DNA of 64,000 nucleotides from Blastocystis sp. Blastoise. Taxonomy: Eukaryota > Protista > Bigyra: Opalinata. A model generated the notes under the pieces. It had not been told where the DNA came from. It searched no databases and worked only from the letters and a program-made list of their open reading frames with translations. Both the position numbers and the translations under genes were made by a program. Positions 54,548-64,000 of the stretch are shown piece by piece (positions within the stretch are counted from its first letter, which is position 1; each line of letters starts with the position of its first letter). The stretch is taken from assembly GCA_039096225.1 (NCBI GenBank), contig JBBPEB010000009.1, positions 1,612,001 to 1,676,000 on the forward strand, given 5' to 3'.

Positions 54548-55115
54548 GAATATATATGAATATATATATACAATAACAGCTACCGTTGGTTCATTTTGTT
54601 TATATACTGATTTAAGTGAAGGATATAACTGATTTCCTACTGTAAGAGCACTCTGATATACTTTAATACTAATATAGAAGAGAAATAATTGAATTCGACA
54701 TGCTACTATTTCTGAATACTGATCATTATAATAAGTCTATATATAGTATATAATATAGTATATATAAACATAGTATATATAATTCTATTATATTATATAT
54801 AATATATGTAATAAATTTATTATATATATACACTAAGAGTAGCTATGGTATCTTCGATGACAGAGACCATTTGATGTGCGTCATTCACACTATATATATA
54901 GAGGAAATATTATAGAATATATATATAATATATATAATAGTAAATAGTTAATATTATAATAATATGTTAACTATAATAGTCGAGAATATATATATATATA
55001 TAGAATATATACTTTGTTAAAAATGGAATAATAGTTTGTGTTTTTGTGAGTGAAAGAGAAAGAAGAGAATATTGAAAAGAAGTATAATAAGAACCACATT
55101 TCTCACATCTATAAT

Positions 55116-55178
<63 letters not shown>

Positions 55179-57184
55179 GAGAGAATCATAATAATTTTAG
55201 TTATATATATATGTATATACATGGTGGATAATATATATTTTGTATGATAGGAATACATCTAGAATTACATTTCTTATTAATACAACTTGGACGATAATAC
55301 TCTCTCTCCTCTAATATAGTAGCATTCTATATATTATTATTATATAGGTTATATATATATATACTTGACATTTAGGACATGTACAATCAAAAGAAAATTC
55401 TGATCGAAGTATACTATATATATATATATATGAATATATAAATATATGAATATATATATATATATACTTTTTCCTTACAAATGTAGACCTATGAACATCT
55501 ACATAACTATACTATATAATATGTATAATAATAAGTATAATAAACATAATAATAAGTATAATAAACATAATAATAAGTATAATAATAATAAATATAACAA
55601 TAATAATATATTAATATGATTTATACAGTAAGTTCTTCTCCTTCTTCTATATTTCGAAGTGTTCTTAAAGTTGCTAAATTCCCGCGGAAAACAAGACAAC
55701 AGTTTGGATTACAGCTATGATTTACATAAGAAAGAACAGGATATATACCTATATATATATATAAGAAATATATACATTTGTATATATTCTAGATAACGTA
55801 ATATATATATATATACCAATTCCCGTGAATTTCAGAACATCATTTCGAATATATACTTTTGAACTTTCTATTAATCTCCAACAGTTTATATACATATTAT
55901 CATTTGTAACTGTAGATACATCTTTCCCGCGGTTTTTTTCGATATAATACTGTTTACATTCGTTGAACATATGTTTAACAGCCTTTATATAGAATAATAT
56001 ATATATATATATGTTTATATATAATTATTATATAAAGAAAATATATATAATATATTTATATATAAACTGATTAAGAAAAATAAAATAATATATAATAGGA
56101 TAAATGAGTGAATAAATATAAGAAAAAAGAGAAAATATAGAATAAAGATATCTGCAAAATATATGAAAATCTATTAGATAATAAAAACAATTATATATTT
56201 ACTAAATAAAATAAATAAAATAAACAAAATATAATAAACAAACAAAAAAACTATAATAAGCAAAATAACTATAATAAACAAAAAAAAACTATAATAAATA
56301 TATATCTACCAAGCAATCATTAATAATTTCGTATTCTTTAGAGACATTATCAAATATATTAATAGTTTTATTCTTATCTGTAATATTCATTTGTTTAACC
56401 AAAATCTCCTTATACTCTTCTAAAGATTTATTTTCTTGTAATTGTAATATAGCTAGTGGATTCAATAGAGAATTCCCTAGTTCCTTTATAGAGGATGAAT
56501 AGGTCTCATTCCCAAGGTTATATTCACGAAATATTGTCGATAATATAGTGTAATTCAATTCTACTGTTGGATTACTTAGTAAATATATTAATCGAAATAA
56601 TAAACGCTGAAAGGGAGAAATGTACTATGTAAAACAGAATAATAAGTTTTATAAAAATAAAATAAAACTATATATAGATAAAGATTTAAAAAATTACATT
56701 CACTCTTGTAAAAGCAATACACTCATTCTGATGGGCTTTCCTATAATGACAAGATTTGCATACGAATCAATAAATAAAAGTATTGAAATATATTTTAGAA
56801 AATATATAAAGGACAATTGACGTATAATATAACAATAAAACATGGGATTACTTACCAATCATTATATTGACAGGGTTTATCACAATATTTACAAACTTTA
56901 CAAATCGAACACTTCTTTAGTTTTGTAGGAAGAAAACAGAAATGGCATATATCTTGAGAATTTTCAACAGGAACTGCTACATATGGAAATACTGATAAAA
57001 TATTTGTTCCTAAAGAATATAATAGCCTATAAGCAATGTCTAGCAACAAATTACCTGCATTCATTGACTTTCTTGCAATCAATCCATGGTTGTGTATAGA
57101 ACTTTTGCCTATAGAGAGTCCAATATTGTTTAGCTCTTCCTGATTCTCTAACGAAACTTGTTTTATTACAGGTGTTGAAGCCAT
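54201..57184 (-). CDS. SMYD-family SET/MYND lysine methyltransferase; about 14 exons
   Basis: GLIARKSMNAG; MYND CHFC..KKCSICKVCKYCDKPCQYNDWKAHQNEC; GIYPVLSYVNHSCNPNC; EELTYSYVD; post-SET FSFDCTCPKC. Confidence 0.93.
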
Positions 57185-58541
57185 GAATAATGTTTTAAAA
57201 TTTTATAATTTTTTTTTCAAAAAATAGGTTGTTCTTTTTTATCTATTTTTTGTAAATATGAAATCTGTATATATTTTAAAAATAAGGTATAAATATAATT
57301 TAGTCTATTTACTATGTCTTCAATAGTTTTGTCTTATATTTATTATGATTTCGTAACTAATTAACAACTTCAGAGGTATTCATCTAGTACTTAGCTACAT
57401 TATAATGATTTTATTCTCCTCTACATAGTAATTCATGATTAAATAAATAGTACATATTATCTTATTCAAATATTAATTGTGCTTTTCATAAAAAATGTAA
57501 GCTTAATTAATTTGTATACAAGTATTTACTATCTAATATGAGGTTGAGTGGTTATTCTTATATGAAAAATTCATTGAAAACTGATTCTTTAGTATTTAAA
57601 TTATTTTTTATTTTCCAATTTTGAATAATTTTACTATAAATGAATCCAGTAAGATGATTTGAGGATAATCAAGATTATTTGAAATCAGAAAATAGAAAGT
57701 AGTGGTACATTTTGAAACCCTTTTTTGTGAAATTCTACTATTTGATTCTTTTAATGAGTTGATAAATTTATGGTTTCATAAAACAAGGCATTGCCATCAA
57801 GTGTTAAGAAAAACAATAGAAATAGATTATTCTTTTGTTTCTTTTTTTATTATTCTAATTTCCTTTGTGACCATTAGATATGCTATTATAACAACCAACT
57901 GAATAGAAAGGAAAAAAAAATTGGATTTTATTCAATAAAAAAAGCCATACCTTCGTCAAGTCAATAAAAATTAATGGTTTATATAGTTGACATTTTATTT
58001 GATACATTTATGTATAATACAAATTTCAATGACCTTTCTATAGAAGCATCCATCAATAATTCCTTTGAGTAGTGTTTCTAAAACATAAATAAGATCTTGA
58101 CATATGAATGAATAATTCTCAACATCATTTTATTTCATATATATATTCTATCGATGAAAATGTGTTGAAATTACTTAAATCAAGCACCTCGACTTGAGTA
58201 ATTACCACGAAAAGAATAAGCATTAAGATCTTTAAAATGATTGGCTCTTAAAAAGATTATGCAATTTGATTGGTTGATAGAGAATTGGGATAAACAGAAC
58301 ATTAAAAAATTTCAAATGATCTGAATAATCTTTTATTTGCGACTATTCTCGGAGTTTTGGCTCAATTGAGTTTACTTTTATGATTTTTCATGTGGTTTTT
58401 ATGTTAAGTGATCATAATGTTTTATATTAGACTTGACTGAAATTGAATCACTATACTTAAGTCAAAAAGAAAAAGAAATATTTTTTAAACTCAATAGATC
58501 TTAGAGAGATATTAAAGTATTTTATTAATAGATCTGCAAAA

Positions 58542-61131
58542 ATGCAATTTCAAACTGTTAAATTGAATCCATTTGATATCATTCGTGTTAATTATCATTA
58601 TGAAGTCACGGGTGGTCTTACTAAAGTTCATCACTCCACATTTCAAGTCAAAATCTTCAGTGATTTAGAGAATATAGAATTTATTCATGGAAAAGAATTG
58701 TATGTAGTTTTAGAATAAGTTCATCTTTTTATTATTATAAAATAAAACATAATTATTTTTAAAAATATTATGTATAGTCAGCTTCTTGTTAATGGAAATG
58801 AGCAATTGAAGAAGAAGATTACTGTTGAGCCAAGATGGTTTTATTCATTTACAGATAATGGTCTTTCTTGGACTGTGAAAATAGAAAAAGATCCTAAAAC
58901 AAGTATGTTTTGTTTTTGCTGATTCAATACTGTGTTAACATAAATTAATGATTTATTTTAGTATCATTTTATTAGTTGAATTATTTATATGAAATATAAT
59001 GATATATATTTTTATAGAATATAAGTATGATTTGTCTATTAATGGGAAAAGTTTTCATGAATATCCTGATGAAGCTACAGCCGAACAAATGAGAAAAGAT
59101 GTTCCTGAACCTGTTGTTCAAAAAGCAAGACGAAAGTCTAGTTTAGGTATTTTATTATATTATTATATTATTATATTATTATTATATTATTATTATATTA
59201 TTATATTATTATATTATTATATATTATATTATTATAATAATATAATAATAGTTCACAATAATAGATCATTAAATATATATATCTTAATAACTATATGATA
59301 ACACATAATCATTTCTATAGTATCTGATAAAGAGAGAAGAGCTTCTGTTCATAAAATAGAAGAATTTGATAATTCTAAAATGGAAGAATTTAAGAGAAAA
59401 GTTAGTAAAGACATGACTACAAAAGAAAGAAAGAATAGTATAGAGAAACAATCTTCAAAATCTTCGTTTTCATTGGACAATCCAACAAAAACTAAAACGA
59501 GAAAAACTAGAAAAACTAAAGAACAAATTAAAGAAAAGTATGTATATATATTTATATATATTTATATTCATTATTTCTATAGGGTATATATTTGTATATA
59601 AATCAATTTATTCTAAGAATCTCCTTAATGTAGATGCCATATATATTTATATTTGCTTTATATATATATAATTTTTTTTAAAAATTTAATTTTTATTCTG
59701 ATTGACTATTCCCGTGATTATTTAGCCTGAGAAAGAGGTTACTTCTTGGGATGACCTTGGTAATATCAGTTTATCTCCTATTACTCCGGATGATGATGAT
59801 GATTTTGATAAACTCTTTGAAAACTCGGATTGTATATATATTATTATTATTATTATTATCATTTTTATTATTTTTATTTTTTCTTATTAAATAATTCTGT
59901 AAAAAATAATATTATTAATGTATTATAAAATTATTCAAATAAGTATATTCTATATATATATATCTATAGCTGATTCGGATTCAATAGATAGTGACGATTT
60001 ACCTGATTTATCATCGATTTTAAAAGAAAAACCTATTTCTTCAAATACCCTTCATTCTTCTTCTTCTTCTTCTTCTTCTTCTTCTTCTAGTGATAGTTCT
60101 AAAAGTACAAATAAAAACGAAACAGATAATTCTGAAACTATAGAAGAACCTCAACAAGAGAATTCTGAAGAATCACCTAAAGTGAATACTATTCCTAAAG
60201 TGAAACCGAAAACTCCTATTGACGAACGATCTGTCGATGATATTCTTCTTTCAAAAACTATTGAGAAATTAGCTTCAAATCCTGAAACAGAACATTTAGT
60301 AGCAGTTGCTACTGGTTCTACAAATCCTTTTGAAAATCCTGTTATAGCTAGAGCTGCTAGTCGTCATCGAGTGTCGTCAGATAATCCTTTTGAAGTGAAT
60401 TCTCCTTCTTCTTTATATAGATCTACTTCTCAAATATCAACTTCTTCTATATCTTCTCCTTCTTCTTCTTCTCTATATAAAACTACATCTCAAATACCTA
60501 CTTCTTCTTCTACTCTTCCTCCTACTCCTATTCTTACATCTACACCTATGGCTCAACATTATAGAAGAGCTAGTCAACCTTCATTAAACACAAATCCTAT
60601 GAACCCCAATGCCGTTAATAATCCTTATAACGCATCCCCTAGTCGACCTATGACCTATTCTTCTTCAAATCCTCTTTATTATCGTATATTAATATTTATT
60701 TTTTAAATTTTTTATTCTATTATTTATATCTTATTATAATAATAATAATTCTTATTATGAATAATATATATAATTTTTTTATACCTATTTTTATATTTCA
60801 TCTTCTTCAAAGAAAATATTTTATAAATTAATATATATATATATATATAGCTTCTGCTTCTCCAAGACCCATGGGTGCTTCTTATATTCCTTCTTCTGCT
60901 TCTCCAAATCCTATATATTCAAGTACTTCTACTTCTGTTCCTCCTCCTTCTCCTTCTCCTTATGCAAATCCATTACTTAATCCATTTACTGTGTCTCCTT
61001 CTATTCATAATACAAATAGTCCATCCAATAGATCACGTGCAGGATCCTCAAATCCATTTGATAGTGTTCCTCTTCGTGTGCCTTCTGCCGAACCAGAACA
61101 TGCTGAAAAGAAACTTAATAACTGGTGGTAA
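58542..61131 (+). CDS. Protein with FAIM1-like N-terminal beta domain and a disordered Ser/Pro-rich tail with four NPF motifs; 7 exons
   Basis: IEFIHGKE..LLVNGNE..YSF..VKIE..YKYDLSINGKSF; NPF motifs in STNPFE, SDNPFE, LLNPFT and SSNPFD; ends NNWW*. Confidence 0.65.
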
Positions 61132-61828
61132 ATTATATATATATAGTGTATATATACATATACATAGTGTATTTATGTATTCATATATTCATATTTTATA
61201 TTTTACTTTTTCATTATATTATAACCTATTCAATATATATATATATCTTTATTGTTTTTCTTTATATCTTATTATTTTCATATTTTTTTTTTATTTTACA
61301 CAATTCATTCAGTGTATTTTGTAACATAGTTTTATATTTTCCTACACTATTTCATCTCTATATTATACTATCATTAGAGGACCTTTTTGTAAAAGTATTT
61401 TTTATAGTTTTTTTTCTCACATTATTTTTTTTATTTATATTATATATTTTTAATTATATTTATTTCATTTTTAATGGACAAACATTTTGCTTCAGTTTTA
61501 TTAATATATATGTATATATATATATATTTATTTATTTTGACAATCTTTCTATTGAATATTTCATTTTTGAAATATGTTGATTCTATTTGCATTCTAGATT
61601 AACTATTATTTCCTTTTGAATGTATATATTATGCTCATTTTCGTTTTGTTTATTTTATTTTTAAATATAATATTTATTACAATACATATACTTTATATAT
61701 TCAGTAATTCTATAACTTAAAGAATTAGTTACTCATTAAAAAAATATATTTATTCTGTATTTTTAAAAATATTTTTATGAGAATAGATACTTTATAAAAG
61801 GTTTCTTGCTACAATTTTCCTAGACAGT

Positions 61829-64000
61829 CTAACTAGTAAGGATAGAGGGTTTATGTGGGAATGAGAATATATCCTTTTATTAATAAGATTTATATAAAAA
61901 AAAAACAAAATAAAAATAAAAACATAATTAGAAGAACTATCTTGACAGACCATATATATATATGTAGATATATGTGTAATAACAAAAATAAAACAGATCG
62001 TTAGAAAACAATTAGAAATAAATAGATCAGTATATGGAATTTTATGAATATATATATAATAGATACTATATATATGTATAATGAATTTACAAAGGTTATT
62101 TTGTTTTTACTTTCTCTTCTTAATATAAAGAGGGACATTTGTATCTGCGTCATCATCATCATCACTGTATATATATATATATATATATATGTATATAATA
62201 TAATAATGAAATAAAGATTTTTTTGAAATTAAAAATATTAAAAATATTAAAAATAAATAAATAAATAGATAAATAAATAAATAAATACCTTGAGAATTCG
62301 ACAGGAGGAACGGAAGTATCTACTCCAAAGAGAATGCCTCCTGTGGCGTTATTTGCTTCATTCTTAAGCATTTCTGTGCTTTTCTTAAGTTCATCTCTAG
62401 TATATTCCATAGTATTCTTAAATAATGTTATACTGTCTTTAATTAAATATCCTATAGCAAATAGACATCCGCCTAGAATAATAAGAATAAGAAGAGTAAA
62501 GAAGAAACGACGATAGAAGAAGGAGAAATATTGATGATATGCCCATTGTTTAATAGTATCTGTTTCATCATTTAAATAATTAGCAGCACAAGTAGAAAAA
62601 GTAGGAACAGCATTATAATATACATAAAGAATATCATAGAGTTTATATATATATTGAATTAATGTAATTAAGTCATCACGAATTTCCTTGGGAATTTGTT
62701 CATATAGACTGATATCATCTCCATGAATAAGATGAGATGCAAATGAAGTGATTTCTGTTGTCGAATTCTTTAGAATGCCACTAACAATAGTAACATTAGT
62801 AGAAGCTTCTTTATAGAAAGCATCAAAATCGTGAATAAAACTATCTTTAAATATATGATAAGGAAGATTTGTCATAAATGTTTTATCTGTAAGATTATAA
62901 ATAGTAATATCATAAATACTATCTAATAAAATAGGATATTGATTAAAGAAATCATGTACTGTTTGTTTAGATAATGATTCATAAGGATGAGATTCAATAA
63001 ATAAAAATAATTCATATAAATGAGCACTTGAACTAGGTATATATTTAAGAAGAGGAGCAAGAGTAGTTTTCTTTAATAAATCACCATATTCAGGTAATTT
63101 ACTAAGTATTTGTTCATTAGACTTAATAAACATAAAGATTTCTGAAGTTAAATTTTTAATTTCTGAAAGAGGAGGAAAGACAGAAGAACAGTTTTTCACA
63201 AGATCTATACCTTCTTCTGAACTAAAAACAACTAAATCTTTATATACACCATTTAAAGGTATATCATCAATAGGTATATGTTGATTATATACTATATCAT
63301 TAAGAAGAGTAGTAGAATTAATAGATTGTGGATTCACTACTTGTGTTGTAGAAATAAATGGCTTCACGAAAACACTATATGCCGGGAAAACAGCAGCAAA
63401 TCCGAGAACAGACACGAAAACTACAAATAAAACAATAAATAAAAGTATATAGAAATAGATCATCACTTTATTACACATTCTCTTTCTATAGATATATTAA
63501 TTCATTTTAAGAAATTATTATTGTTTATATACATGATTATTATTAATATTATTATTATTATTCGTATAAATAGAATAAATATAATAAATATAATAAATAT
63601 AATAAATAAAATAATATATATACCTCTCTTTAGTAATCATTTTCTTTTGATTAAAATTACGAGGTAACTTTTGACCACAATGAGGGCATAATTTCTTATT
63701 AATATCCGTTGAAGTGACAACACCAGTCTAAAAATATGTATAAAATATTGAATACAAGAAAATAAAAATAATATATATATAAGATATAATATATATATAA
63801 ATATAAAAATAAATATATATATATAAACAAAAAAAAAAATTAAAAATAAATAAAAAAAAAATATAAAAATCAATAAAAATAAAAACAAATTACTGTAGCT
63901 TTTTTAGTTACTTCTTGTAACATTGCTTGATAATCTTCTTCTTCATCAAAAACTCTAAATAAATAAAAAGGTAAAAAATGTTATTTATTTCAATAAAAGA
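61829..64000 (-). CDS. Uncharacterised two-TM membrane protein with a large loop; 5' end outside the window, 3' end uncertain
   Basis: Large exon of about 62290-63486 with two hydrophobic helices; upstream exons include KKLCPHCGQKLP; downstream acidic exon DDDDADTNVPLY. Confidence 0.6.

Noticed and set aside
57702-57902. Short intergenic ORFs (also 28635-28817 and 37471-37731)
   Set aside because: They have no motifs or exon context and are expected by chance.

Overview
This is very AT-rich, intron-dense nuclear DNA from a unicellular eukaryote. The YSPTSPA-type RPB1 CTD and a mitochondrial-type HCF101 suggest a stramenopile, possibly Blastocystis/Opalinata-like (inference only). By manual exon joining I reconstructed about 21 protein genes: TruB, an HMG-box/C2H2 factor, RPL41, HCF101, Gemin7, RPB1, RpiA, a triple ubiquitin-like protein, RPL3, a divergent Sar1, ketoacyl-CoA reductase, succinyl-CoA ligase beta, a Pho84-type MFS transporter, an Mrr-like nuclease, a glycosyltransferase, an LRR protein, a FAM120/Asteroid-like PIN protein, METTL18, SMYD, a FAIM/NPF protein and a partial membrane protein. 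The window also holds 3 tRNAs and a 1.4-kb non-autonomous DNA transposon with 450-bp terminal inverted repeats. The most striking signal is splicing. Among roughly 140 introns traced by eye, several in conserved genes keep their reading frame or motifs only with non-canonical termini: GT-AA in RPL3, CT-AG and AT-AA in SCS-beta, AT-AC in METTL18, AT-AG and GC-AG in HCF101, and probably GT-AT in the HMG/ZF gene. Many introns are bracketed by self-complementary (TA)n tracts, down to a pure G(TA)28G intron. This points to a spliceosome with relaxed first/last-nucleotide recognition, possibly guided by RNA structure. Raw reads and RNA-seq are needed to exclude assembly errors.
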